From the NCBI GenBank assembly GCA_964504075.1, contig CAZDCT010000001.1, positions 1,333 to 50,665 on the forward strand: a stretch of 49,333 nt of DNA. The letters are read 5' to 3'. The notes under the pieces are model-generated. The model ran no database searches, was not told the origin of the DNA, and was given only the letters and a program-made list of their open reading frames with translations. Each line of letters starts with the position of its first letter. Position 1 is the stretch's first letter. The position numbers and the translations under genes were made by a program. Of this stretch, positions 26,031 through 34,874 are shown piece after piece. The DNA is from an uncultured Candidatus Saccharibacteria bacterium. GTDB taxonomy: Bacteria; Patescibacteriota; Minisyncoccia; Minisyncoccales; DG-74-3.

Positions 26031-26055
26031 TTTTGATTTAGTTTAACAGTTTTAT

Positions 26056-26084
26056 TTTCATTAGAAAAGGGTTAAAATTAAAAT
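26056..26084 (+). promoter_or_regulatory. Candidate promoter with -10 6 nt before ATG 26091 (leaderless candidate)
   Basis: TTTTCA-like -35, then TAAAAT (26079-26084), GATAGC, ATG. No SD. Confidence 0.4.
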
Positions 26085-26090
26085 GATAGC

Positions 26091-28193
26091 ATGAAGATTT
26101 TTGAATTTTATTTTAATCCAAAACTAAAACCTGATGTGGTTTTTCAGAGTTTTTGTTATGAACCAGAAAACATTTATGAAAAAAGGGTAGGAAGTTTGTA
26201 TATGGTTGGACTTTTAAAAAACACCTTACCTCAAGACCTTAGTTTTTTAGACAAATTATCAAATAGAATCAAGGATAGATATTATACTCCAGGACTTCGT
26301 TCTCCCGAAAAGTCTCTCAAAGAAAGTCTAAAAAGTGCTAATAATTTTTTGGAAGATTTAATTCAAAGAGGAAATACTGGTTGGTTAGGAAATCTAAGTT
26401 TTATTACTCTCTCAATTAAACAATCAGAGTTTAATTTTTCAAAAGTGGGTAATTTAAAAATATTTTTAATCAGAAATGGAAAAATAGTTGATATTGATAA
26501 GAAAGTAAAAGGAGGGTTTGAAGATATTGAACCATATCCTCTCAAAGTGTTTTTAAACATTGTTTCTGGCAAACTGATTGAAGACGATATATTTTTAATT
26601 TTGAGCGAAGAAATTGCTGAGTTTTTTGAAAAACAAGCTATTTTAAATGAAATTGCTAAAGAACCATTTTTAGAAGAAAAAAGATTGATAGAACTTTTAA
26701 ACGGCAAAATAAAAAAAGCTCAAGAACTTTCTGGTATTTGTTTATTAATTCTTTCCAGGGAAAAAACACAAAAAAGCAGAAAAACAACTATTGTAAAAAA
26801 AGAAAAAATCAGAGATTTTTCTTTTAAAAAAGCCCTTGCTCCCCTATTGAATCTTTTTTTGAATGCTTTTAAGAAAATCCGTGTTCCCAAGATTCCTAAG
26901 ATTAATTTGCCTAAAATAGAATTACCCAAAAGAGTAAAGAAACCAATCGAAAAGTCAGAAAAACAGAAATTAAGATTAAAAAAAATAGGTAAACTTACTA
27001 TTCCCAAAATATCTTTTCCAAAACCAAGAATTTCTTTTAATATAAGGAGTTATCTCGTTCCAATTAAAGAATTTAAAAAAAGGATTAAAATTTTTGTTAA
27101 GCACAAAAATACAATTTTGGTTTTGAGCTTGGTCTCAGTTTTGTTTTTAGGTTCTTTAATCTTTCAAAAACAAGCAGAAAAACAATTAAAACAATATCAA
27201 GCCCAAATATCTAAGATTGAACAAAAAATTGATTTAGCCGAAAGTTTGTTAATCTTAGAATCCCCTCAATCTTTCAAAGACGCTCAAACCCTTTTAAGAC
27301 AAAGTTGGGAAGAAATTAGTCCTATTGTTAAAATTGCCCCCACTTTATCTAAAAGCTTTGATAAACAAGTTGTCTTTCTAAAAGAAAAAATATTAAAAGA
27401 GCTTTACCAATTCAATAAATTAGAAGAAATTAAGCAACCCGAAGTTTTATTTGAGTTTAAAATAGGAGAATTTGTACCTCAGAAAATGATATCTTATCAG
27501 GAAAATATTTATTTCTTTAGTCCTTATGCTAAAAACATTTTTAAGGTGAGTAAGAATAATAATGAAGGGCAAATTATAGAATCTAATCAGGAATTTAATT
27601 CAGCAAGTCTTTTTGGAGATTCAATTTTGTTTTTTTCAAAACCAAACAAAATAATTAATTTTAAAAACGACCAGTTTAACCAAGTCTTTTTTCTTGAAAC
27701 CCCATATCCAAATTTTGATTTTAATGACTTTGCCATTTTTAAATCAAACCTTTACTTTTTAGATAAAAAAGCAGGTCAAATAGTAAAATATCCTTATCTT
27801 GAAGACTTAAGATGGGACTCTGCACAGCTGTGGTTAAACGATCAAACTCCAAAACCGACTCAATCTAATTCTTTATCTATTGATGGTTCAATTTGGACTC
27901 TGAATAAAGATTCTATTAGCAGATACTCAACCGGGATATTTCGAGAAACCTTAGGCTCAAATCTTTTTCCTTATGCTGAAAATCTATCTAAGATTTTTAC
28001 TAATGCTACTCTCCCCTATCTCTATATTTTAGAACCAGCTCAGAATAGAATAATCATTATTAATAAATCGGGTGAAGTTATCAAACAATTCCAGAGTGAA
28101 AAATTTGATAATCTTTTAGACTTCTCTGTGTCAACTAACGGAAAAACCATCTACCTTTTAAATGGCTTAAAAGTTTATCAAATTATATTCTAA
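26091..28193 (+). CDS. Large hypothetical membrane protein (700 aa): degenerate PP2C-like N-domain, basic PK-repeat linker, one TM, beta-rich C-domain
   Basis: N-terminal 200 aa loosely resemble the PPM fold. PKIPKINLPKIELPK repeats, TM ILVLSLVSVLFLGSLIF, and a C-terminal 330 aa rich in aromatic and Asn beta-like segments. Confidence 0.55.
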   Translation: MKIFEFYFNPKLKPDVVFQSFCYEPENIYEKRVGSLYMVGLLKNTLPQDLSFLDKLSNRIKDRYYTPGLRSPEKSLKESLKSANNFLEDLIQRGNTGWLGNLSFITLSIKQSEFNFSKVGNLKIFLIRNGKIVDIDKKVKGGFEDIEPYPLKVFLNIVSGKLIEDDIFLILSEEIAEFFEKQAILNEIAKEPFLEEKRLIELLNGKIKKAQELSGICLLILSREKTQKSRKTTIVKKEKIRDFSFKKALAPLLNLFLNAFKKIRVPKIPKINLPKIELPKRVKKPIEKSEKQKLRLKKIGKLTIPKISFPKPRISFNIRSYLVPIKEFKKRIKIFVKHKNTILVLSLVSVLFLGSLIFQKQAEKQLKQYQAQISKIEQKIDLAESLLILESPQSFKDAQTLLRQSWEEISPIVKIAPTLSKSFDKQVVFLKEKILKELYQFNKLEEIKQPEVLFEFKIGEFVPQKMISYQENIYFFSPYAKNIFKVSKNNNEGQIIESNQEFNSASLFGDSILFFSKPNKIINFKNDQFNQVFFLETPYPNFDFNDFAIFKSNLYFLDKKAGQIVKYPYLEDLRWDSAQLWLNDQTPKPTQSNSLSIDGSIWTLNKDSISRYSTGIFRETLGSNLFPYAENLSKIFTNATLPYLYILEPAQNRIIIINKSGEVIKQFQSEKFDNLLDFSVSTNGKTIYLLNGLKVYQIIF

Positions 28194-28196
28194 ATC

Positions 28197-28224
28197 TTGA
28201 CAAATTGAAGCTATATGTTATAAT
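28197..28224 (+). promoter_or_regulatory. Near-consensus extended -10 promoter
   Basis: TTGACA (28197-28202), 16 nt ending in TGT, TATAAT (28219-28224). Starts 4 nt after the upstream stop. Confidence 0.65.
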
Positions 28225-28285
28225 TGAACTACAATAAAGTAGTTCTTAACATTTTAATAAAATATAATAGAGGAAAAAATCGGGC

Positions 28286-28326
28286 CACCTAAATTGTTTA
28301 TACTTTTTTGATAAACAGTTTAGGTG
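28286..28326 (+). promoter_or_regulatory. 16-bp leader hairpin sequestering the SD of ORF 28333
   Basis: CACCUAAAUUGUUUAU-ACUUUUUUG-AUAAACAGUUUAGGUG with one G-U pair. AGGUG (28322-28326) is the only SD-like element and lies 6 nt before TTG 28333. Confidence 0.55.
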
Positions 28327-28332
28327 TCCTGA

Positions 28333-29694
28333 TTGGGCAAAAAAAAACAATTAGTGGCAACACACACATCTCCCGACCCCGACGTAATAATGTCTATTTG
28401 GCTATTGATAGAATATGGCGGCTTAAAGCTTGAAAACATGGGTCTATGGTTTCTAAAAGGACAAAATGTGGAAATGATGACATCCTTTATCAACTCGTAT
28501 ATGATTGATAGGGGTCTTGGCAAGTTTGATCACCACAGAAGGTCTGTGTTTGGTAAAACGAGCGCTGACCTGATCGCACAAGAACTAGAAATAGTAGATC
28601 CTTATGTAGAAAAGCTTTTAGGCCTAGTGAGACGCAACGACTTACAAGGTATTTCTCAGTCATTCGATCTTGCAGACACTTTAAAGTGTCTGCAAAGGAA
28701 CAGACAGGTGACTGATGAGGAAAAGATAAAGACTGGAGTACAAATAATATCTGCCGTAATCCACTTCCGAAGAGAAAGGTTGGAGAGAGACAATGACCAT
28801 ATTAGCTCTCTTGTAAAAGAATTTCTCTCCGGAAAAAAGGTGCCTGAGAAGTTTGTCAACTATCTCGATAAGCTCAACAATCCAAGATTTAATCGCTATT
28901 TAGATATAGTTGAAATAATCTTGGGTAAAGAGAACCTGGTTGGAAAAGAACAAGCAAAAGAATTCACTAAACTTCTCTTGAAGATTATACATGACGACAG
29001 CCTATTGTACCTTAAAGCACAAGAAAATCTCTTTGAAGGATCTATTGTCAAACACATAAAAGAACATTATGTTGTTGCAAAAATAACAGATAATCCTAAG
29101 TTCAACACCGCAGCCAGAAAACAAGGAGCGTCAATCATCATCCAGCGCCAGGAAAACGGAACTACTCAGATATACTTTAATAATAAGCTTATCCGGGACG
29201 ACAAAATAGTTGAGTCTTTAGTTTCAATAATTCGTCTCGAAGAACAGCTTGTTCGGGAAAGGCCAATACCTAACATAGATCTCAGAAAAATAGGGGTTAT
29301 CAATGATATGCCAGAATGGTTCTATTTCAGAGCAGAAAACGGCTCAGGAAGATTCATACTTAATGGATCTTTCACTACACCAGATATACCTCCATCCGCA
29401 ATAGCTCTAGAAACGCTTGTTTTCTTGGCAGAATCAGCAATCAAGTTCTATCCCAACTTTAACTGGGCTAAGTGGAAAGAAGAAGCAATAAATCGCCACA
29501 AAAAAATGCCAAATAAAATTTCCTCTTTTTTTATTTCAAAAAATTACATTAAACAATCAAAAAGGAGACTCACAAAAGTCTCCTTTTCAGTTTTAACAAA
29601 ACTTTATTTCAATTCTACTGTGGCGCCAGCAGCTTCAAACTTCTTTTTCATCTCTTCTGCTTCCTCTTTCTTTACGTTTTCTTTCACAACCTGA
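28333..29694 (+). CDS. DHH-superfamily-like phosphoesterase N-domain protein, otherwise uncharacterised (453 aa as read; C-terminal ~60 aa probably non-native)
   Basis: [14 protein letters not shown] (DHH motif I-like) and [12 protein letters not shown] (motifs II/III-like). TTG start. GC visibly higher (~38%). The ORF runs through the rplL terminator and 91 nt antisense into rplL. Confidence 0.5.
   Translation: MGKKKQLVATHTSPDPDVIMSIWLLIEYGGLKLENMGLWFLKGQNVEMMTSFINSYMIDRGLGKFDHHRRSVFGKTSADLIAQELEIVDPYVEKLLGLVRRNDLQGISQSFDLADTLKCLQRNRQVTDEEKIKTGVQIISAVIHFRRERLERDNDHISSLVKEFLSGKKVPEKFVNYLDKLNNPRFNRYLDIVEIILGKENLVGKEQAKEFTKLLLKIIHDDSLLYLKAQENLFEGSIVKHIKEHYVVAKITDNPKFNTAARKQGASIIIQRQENGTTQIYFNNKLIRDDKIVESLVSIIRLEEQLVRERPIPNIDLRKIGVINDMPEWFYFRAENGSGRFILNGSFTTPDIPPSAIALETLVFLAESAIKFYPNFNWAKWKEEAINRHKKMPNKISSFFISKNYIKQSKRRLTKVSFSVLTKLYFNSTVAPAASNFFFISSASSFFTFSFTT
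29559..29587 (-). terminator. Intrinsic terminator of rplJL
   Basis: Minus strand GGAGACU-UUUGUG-AGUCUCC followed by UUUUUGAUUG, starting about 17 nt after the rplL stop. Confidence 0.75.
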
Positions 29695-30206
29695 GCACCA
29701 GAAGCAACAGCATCAACTAAATCTTTTGAATCTTTTAATCCTTTTTGAGTAATATCTCTTACTGCTTTAATAACCTCTATCTTTTTCTCTCCAATCGCAG
29801 TTAATTCAATGTTGAATTTACTTTTTGTTTCAGCTGGTGCGCCAGCAGAAACTCCGCCTGCGGGAGCAACTGCCACAGGAGCTGCGGCTGAAACTCCGAA
29901 TTTCTTTTCTAAAATCTTAACCAGTTCAGCTAAGTCTAAAACGCTCATCTTTTCTATTTCTTCAACCAGCTTTTTAAATTTTGCAGGAACCTTAATGGGT
30001 TTTGGTTCAGGTTTTGGTTCAGGCTTAGGTTCAAGTTTAGATTCTGGTTTAGGTTTCTCTTTTGCCTCAGGCTTGGGTTCGGGCTTAACTTCTTTAACTT
30101 TCTCAGGAGTTTCCTGGGTCCCTTCTTTAGTTTCTTCTTGAGAAGACTGAACTTCTTTTTTTTCTTCCTCTTGCTTAATTTCTTCTTTTTTAATTTCTTC
30201 TGCCAT
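29604..30206 (-). CDS. rplL: 50S ribosomal protein L7/L12 with ~75-aa E/K/P-rich N-terminal extension
   Basis: Core ...[31 protein letters not shown]...[23 protein letters not shown]...[20 protein letters not shown]. The preceding 75 aa are low complexity with EPKP repeats. Confidence 0.88.
   Translation of the reverse strand: MAEEIKKEEIKQEEEKKEVQSSQEETKEGTQETPEKVKEVKPEPKPEAKEKPKPESKLEPKPEPKPEPKPIKVPAKFKKLVEEIEKMSVLDLAELVKILEKKFGVSAAAPVAVAPAGGVSAGAPAETKSKFNIELTAIGEKKIEVIKAVRDITQKGLKDSKDLVDAVASGAQVVKENVKKEEAEEMKKKFEAAGATVELK
29998..30057. repeat. 12-nt tandem repeat x5 encoding (EPKP)n in the rplL extension
   Basis: GGTTTTGGTTCA GGTTTTGGTTCA GGCTTAGGTTCA AGTTTAGATTCT GGTTTAGGTTTC on the plus strand. 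Confidence 0.8.
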
Positions 30207-30240
30207 ATTTTTAGAAATTAGATTAATTAGTAATTGGGAT

Positions 30241-30762
30241 TTATATTTTGGCTTTAGCCAAAACGTATATTAGACCTTTAATATTTGCTTGTAAAACATG
30301 ATTAAAGTTGGAAATTGGTGCTGAAATGCTACCAACCAATCTTGCTAAAAGCTCTTGCTTGCTTGGCAATTGTCCTAAAGTAATAACTGCTTCAGCATTC
30401 AGAAACTCTTGTTTTTGACTATCAATAAATCCTCCTAAAATCTTTAAATTATCGTTTTGTTTAGAAAAATTATATATTGTTTTTATTGGAGCTAACTCAT
30501 CTTCAAAACCAAAGACTAAGGCTATTTCTCCATTCATTTCTTCAGGATTGGCTTCAATTTTATTTTCTTGAAGAGCTTTTTTTATTAAAGTTTTTTTACT
30601 AACAAGAAATTGAGAATTTTTTTCTTTTAATTCATTTCTTAATCTAAATAAATCTTTAACTTTTAAGCCAGTGAAATCAACAAAAATCATTGCTTTTTGC
30701 TCAGCAATTTTTTCTTTTAATTCTTGTAAGATTTTATTCTTTTGTTCTTTTGTTTTAGCCAT
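30241..30762 (-). CDS. rplJ: 50S ribosomal protein L10
   Basis: [19 protein letters not shown]....[20 protein letters not shown] is a typical L10 N-terminus. Immediately upstream of rplL. Confidence 0.9.
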   Translation of the reverse strand: MAKTKEQKNKILQELKEKIAEQKAMIFVDFTGLKVKDLFRLRNELKEKNSQFLVSKKTLIKKALQENKIEANPEEMNGEIALVFGFEDELAPIKTIYNFSKQNDNLKILGGFIDSQKQEFLNAEAVITLGQLPSKQELLARLVGSISAPISNFNHVLQANIKGLIYVLAKAKI

Positions 30763-30888
30763 TTAAATCAAAAACCTGTCATGTAGACAGGCAAAAAATA
30801 GATTTCTAAGTTCTTGCCTAGAGAGGTCTTATTGTATGCCCCTTTTCTACAGCAACTTTAATTTATATTATTATTAATCTTTTGTCAA
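30763..30888 (-). promoter_or_regulatory. rplJ promoter and structured leader ending in a terminator-like hairpin (L10-leader-type attenuator candidate)
   Basis: Minus strand TTGACA (30888..30883) with an A/T-rich -10 (TATAAA/TAAATT), then a ~95-nt leader. CCUGUC-UACAU-GACAGG plus UUUUUGAUUU ends 7 nt before the ATG. Confidence 0.5.
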
Positions 30889-30890
30889 AT

Positions 30891-31823
30891 TTATTTTAGA
30901 TATTTTGCCTTGGCAATATTATGTTCTTCCAAGGTTTTACTAAAAATAGTTTCACCTTCTGAAGTAGAGAGATAATACCAGTGTGAATTAATATCTGGAT
31001 ATATTGCAGCTTTAATGCTCTCTATTCCAGGATTACAAATTGGACCTAATGGCAAGCCCGCATATCTATATGTATTATATGGAGAATCTATTTGAGTGTC
31101 TTCTTTGGAAATACCAGTGGTCTGTTTTTTAGTAATATAAGTAATCGTTGCATCAACCTGTAAGGGCATTCCAACTTGCAATCTGTTCAATAAAACCCCA
31201 GCTACCATTTTCTTGTCTTGCAGAGTTTGAACTTCTTTTTCTAACAAAGAAGCTATGGTCACAATTTCAGAAACTGTTTTTCCCTGTTTTTGAATATCTT
31301 CTCTTAATTCGGGAGTGACTTTTTCGTTAAAGTTATCAGTCATTTTTTTAATAATTTCTTGTAAACTTGCTCCCTTGCTGATTTCATAAGTGTCAGGAAA
31401 AAGATATCCTTCTAACTCTGTCATTTCATATAATTCTTCTGCTTGAAACATTCCTTTATTTTCAAAATACCAGGCAATATCTCTTAAATTCCAACCTTCA
31501 GGAATAGTGATTATTTCTTTAGCAATGTTTCCTGAAATAAATTTCTGAGAAATCTTAGAAATATTCATAGAAGAACTCAAGGCATATTCTCCCGCCTGAA
31601 GCTTACTTTGTTTTCCTGAAGCAAGAATATACAAATCAAAAAGATATTTATTTTTAATAAACCCTCTTTCTTCTAAGTTTTGACCAATTTGAAAAACACT
31701 CTCACCTTTTTTGACTAAAAAAAACTGTTCTTGGCCTTGTGGGTTTTTAGGAAAATAAAATCCTTGAACTAATATCAAGATAAGCAAGCAAAAGAATAAA
31801 ATTGTAATTAAAAGTTTTTTCAT
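30891..31823 (-). CDS. mltG: Endolytic murein transglycosylase MltG (YceG-like)
   Basis: N-terminal TM, LysM-like region, LASLLEKEV and SPYNTY motifs. Confidence 0.88.
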   Translation of the reverse strand: MKKLLITILFFCLLILILVQGFYFPKNPQGQEQFFLVKKGESVFQIGQNLEERGFIKNKYLFDLYILASGKQSKLQAGEYALSSSMNISKISQKFISGNIAKEIITIPEGWNLRDIAWYFENKGMFQAEELYEMTELEGYLFPDTYEISKGASLQEIIKKMTDNFNEKVTPELREDIQKQGKTVSEIVTIASLLEKEVQTLQDKKMVAGVLLNRLQVGMPLQVDATITYITKKQTTGISKEDTQIDSPYNTYRYAGLPLGPICNPGIESIKAAIYPDINSHWYYLSTSEGETIFSKTLEEHNIAKAKYLK

Positions 31824-32441
31824 CTAATCTTTTGTTATTAAAGGCACAAAAGCAAAACCTGGATGTTCAATTTCTTGAAAACTGTTTTTTGATTTTTTAA
31901 TAAATGTCCAAATCGAGGTTCCAATTGGAGCAACTATTTTACCTTTGATTTTCAATTGTTCTTTCCAGGCCAATGGTAATTCTCTACCTGAAGCTGAAGC
32001 TAAAATCCTATCAAACTTAGCTTCTTTTGCGTATCCCTTAGATCCATCAGCGCAAATAAATTCAACAATCCCTTTTTTTATAAAATTATACTTGCTTGTA
32101 TTTTTTTCTCCAAACTCTTTTAACTCAGGGACAATTTCAATTGCGATAACCTTACCTTTAGAGCCAACGATTTCAGCCAATAAAGCGCTTGTCCAACCAG
32201 AACCTGATCCAATGTCTAAAATTTTATGTCCGGGTTGAGGATCAAGCTCTTCTAACATAAAGGCTACCACCAAAGGTTGAGATATTGTCTGGCCAAGGCC
32301 AATTGGTAAAGCTTGATCTAAATCAGCCAGTCTTTTCATGTCTTCTGGCAAAAAATCCTGCCTTTTGATTTTTTGAAAGGCTTTAATGATATTAGGACTT
32401 TTCAACCATTCCTGTTTAATTAATTTTTGAATGAAATCCAT
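31824..32441 (-). CDS. pcm: Protein-L-isoaspartate O-methyltransferase
   Basis: QTISQPLVVAFMLE, ILDIGSGSGWTSALLA SAM motif, FDRILASA. Confidence 0.88.
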   Translation of the reverse strand: MDFIQKLIKQEWLKSPNIIKAFQKIKRQDFLPEDMKRLADLDQALPIGLGQTISQPLVVAFMLEELDPQPGHKILDIGSGSGWTSALLAEIVGSKGKVIAIEIVPELKEFGEKNTSKYNFIKKGIVEFICADGSKGYAKEAKFDRILASASGRELPLAWKEQLKIKGKIVAPIGTSIWTFIKKSKNSFQEIEHPGFAFVPLITKD

Positions 32442-32574
32442 TTTAATATGATTTTAACACATTTAAGAACTGTGGAAAACTTAGTTGCATTAACTTGAAG
32501 AATTGCTTTAAAATAAAGTAATATTCCAAAGGTCGAAGATTGTTATTTTAAGATTTTTATTTTAAACACAAAAT

Positions 32575-32898
32575 ATGACAGAATTAATTGCTTTATTTGG
32601 AACTTCTCAAATTCAATATATTGTAATTTTAATAATGGTTGATGTTGTTTTGGGAATTATTGCTGCTCTTATGAAAGGAGGTTTTCGTTTGGGAAAACTG
32701 GCTAAATTTATGGTAAAACCTGTTTTAGGATATGTTTTTGGTTTTGGGGTTTTACAAATGGTGGTTCAAGCATTACCTTCCTTAGCAATGGTAACTCAGA
32801 TGACTTATGTTTTAGTGGTTTTAGCTCTATTTGGCTCAATTTTGAATAATTTAGCAAAAATGGGATTACCAGTACCAGACTATTTAAGAAAAGATTAA
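32575..32898 (+). CDS. Holin, Phage_holin_4_1 (TcdE-like) family
   Basis: 3 TM. MVDVVLGIIAALMKGGF.LGKL...K and C-terminal SILNNLAKMGLPVPDYLRK resemble the family signature as I recall it. Confidence 0.65.
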   Translation: MTELIALFGTSQIQYIVILIMVDVVLGIIAALMKGGFRLGKLAKFMVKPVLGYVFGFGVLQMVVQALPSLAMVTQMTYVLVVLALFGSILNNLAKMGLPVPDYLRKD

Positions 32899-32925
32899 AG
32901 GGGAGTTCAAAATAAACATAATAAT

Positions 32926-32952
32926 AAAGACACGGCTTTGAGCCGTGTCTTT
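32926..32952. terminator. Bidirectional terminator between holin-like gene and ABC permease
   Basis: AAAGACACGGC-TTTGA-GCCGTGTCTTT, an 11-bp stem with A/T runs on both sides. Confidence 0.75.
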
Positions 32953-32954
32953 AT

Positions 32955-34172
32955 TTAATGGCGCAAAGCATCAACTGGTTTAAGTTTAGCTGCTTGCCTG
33001 GCTGGGAAAAACCCAGCTAAACAACCTATCAAAAAAGAAAAAAGTAAAGCAAAAATAATCATCCAAGGAGCAATAGTGGTGGTGAAATAAAAAGATGGAT
33101 TGATAGTAGCGTAATAATCTATTCCTTTAGCTAAAAAACTACCTAATAATAAACCACCCAATCCTCCCAGGATGCCTATTATGCTTGCCTCAATCAAGAA
33201 AATTGAAAGAATAGCCGAATTAGTTGCTCCTATTGCCTTCATAATACCAATTTCCTTGGTTCTTTCTTTGACCGAAGTAAACATACTATTCATGATTCCA
33301 ATACCACCAACAAGAATAGCAATACTGGCAAAAGCAATAATGACAATTTGAATTATGCCCAAAATCGTACCACTTATCTCACCCATCTTTTCTGAAGTAA
33401 TAACAGAAAAATCAGCTTCATCTGTCCCAGACCTTCTTTTCCTTGTTTTTTGAAGAGCTTCTTTAATCTCTTCTGCCACCACATTTTCATTTGCTCCTTC
33501 CTCAAGCTTAGCCATAGCGTAAGCGACTGTCCCTCGCTTTTCTCCAGTTAAATCTTGATAAAACTTCATGTCCATATAAACCATACTGTCATCCTGTCGA
33601 TTGCCCAAAGAATTCAATATGCCAGTCACTTCAAACTTTTTTCCCTTTATTATTATTTCTGAGCCTATTTTTACTTTTTTTGAAAAAATCTCATAAGCTA
33701 CTTGCTGTCCAATTATAATTTGGTTTGTCTTGCTGGGCCACTTACCCTCAGCCAAACTCCAGCCCTGGAAAATACTCAAAATATCTACAGCTTCTTTCCA
33801 GGGATCATAACCAGCTATGACAAGCTGTTTTGATTCGTTTTGATATCTACTAATGATTCCAGTATAAGAAAAGCCCAAAACACTATCTACTCCTTTTGCT
33901 TTTTTAATCGCCTCAATATCTTCTTTTTGCAATTTATCACCGCCAAACATCATGCTTGAGAAAATATTTTCTCCTGGCATAATCATAATCATTTCCCCGC
34001 CCAAAGCCTGTAATTGCTGATTAATTGTTGTTCTCATTCCTTCACTCAAAGAAAGTAAAGAAATTATCAAAAAAACACCAATAACAATACCTAAAATGGT
34101 CAACCAACTCCTCAAAAGTCTGGTTCTAATATTCCTTAAAGCGATATTAAAGTATTCTTTTATTTCTTCCAC
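32955..34172 (-). CDS. ABC transporter permease, FtsX/MacB-type
   Basis: N-terminal TM, large periplasmic MacB_PCD-like domain, C-terminal FtsX 3-TM block (ERTKEIGIMKAIGA). Confidence 0.88.
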   Translation of the reverse strand: MEEIKEYFNIALRNIRTRLLRSWLTILGIVIGVFLIISLLSLSEGMRTTINQQLQALGGEMIMIMPGENIFSSMMFGGDKLQKEDIEAIKKAKGVDSVLGFSYTGIISRYQNESKQLVIAGYDPWKEAVDILSIFQGWSLAEGKWPSKTNQIIIGQQVAYEIFSKKVKIGSEIIIKGKKFEVTGILNSLGNRQDDSMVYMDMKFYQDLTGEKRGTVAYAMAKLEEGANENVVAEEIKEALQKTRKRRSGTDEADFSVITSEKMGEISGTILGIIQIVIIAFASIAILVGGIGIMNSMFTSVKERTKEIGIMKAIGATNSAILSIFLIEASIIGILGGLGGLLLGSFLAKGIDYYATINPSFYFTTTIAPWMIIFALLFSFLIGCLAGFFPARQAAKLKPVDALRH

Positions 34173-34873
34173 AAATAATCTTTGGTTATTAAATGATTTT
34201 TTACTATTTGGCCGTCTTTAATGTTTACTATTTTTTCAGCATATTCTGCAATCTTAGGGTCATGGGTTACTATGACCATTGTTTTCCCTTCTTTTTTATG
34301 AAAATCTTTTAAATTCTCCATAATCATCTTGCCTGTAACAGAGTCCAGATTGCCAGTTGGCTCATCAGCAATAATTACTTCTGGATCATTGGCAAAAGCT
34401 CTGGCTAAAGCCACCCTTTGCCTTTCTCCACCCGAGAGTTCTGAGGGCTGATGGGACATTCTTTGTTTTAGACCAATTCTTTCCAAAAGATTTTCTGCTT
34501 TTTTCTTTCTTTCGATTAAAGATACCCCCTGAAAAATCATTGGAAGCATTACGTTTTCTGCGGCAGTTAAATTAGGCAACAAATTAAAATCTTGAAAAAC
34601 AAAACCCAATGTTTTTCCCCTAAATTGAGAGAGTTGATTCTCTGGCATTTCTGAAATGTTCTTTCCCTTTAAATAAACCTTTCCCCTAGTTGGGAAATCC
34701 AAACAGCCAATCATGTTTAAAAGAGTAGATTTACCAGAACCAGAAGAACCCATTATTGTTACAAAAGAACCTGGAAAAATTTCCAGGCTTAATCCTCTGA
34801 GCGCATGCACCTCTGTCTTGCCTAATTGATAAGTCCTCCAGACATTTTCCAGTTTAATAATAGGCTTTGCCAT
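34160..34873 (-). CDS. ABC transporter ATP-binding protein (MacB/LolD-type)
   Basis: GSSGSGKST Walker [15 protein letters not shown] signature, [11 protein letters not shown] Walker B, VTHD. Confidence 0.92.
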   Translation of the reverse strand: MAKPIIKLENVWRTYQLGKTEVHALRGLSLEIFPGSFVTIMGSSGSGKSTLLNMIGCLDFPTRGKVYLKGKNISEMPENQLSQFRGKTLGFVFQDFNLLPNLTAAENVMLPMIFQGVSLIERKKKAENLLERIGLKQRMSHQPSELSGGERQRVALARAFANDPEVIIADEPTGNLDSVTGKMIMENLKDFHKKEGKTMVIVTHDPKIAEYAEKIVNIKDGQIVKNHLITKDYLWKK

Positions 34874-34874
34874 T

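Noticed and set aside
28246-28300. preQ1-type or other small riboswitch in the leader of the DHH-like gene (AGAGG...CCUAAA).
   Set aside because: The P1 complement (CCUCU) is absent. No known aptamer consensus could be matched by eye. The region is kept only as an unclassified SD-sequestering hairpin.
29809-30141. 110-aa plus-strand ORF ([10 protein letters not shown] repeats) inside rplL.
   Set aside because: It is the antisense reading of the EPKP-encoding 12-nt repeats. rplL on the minus strand is unambiguous.
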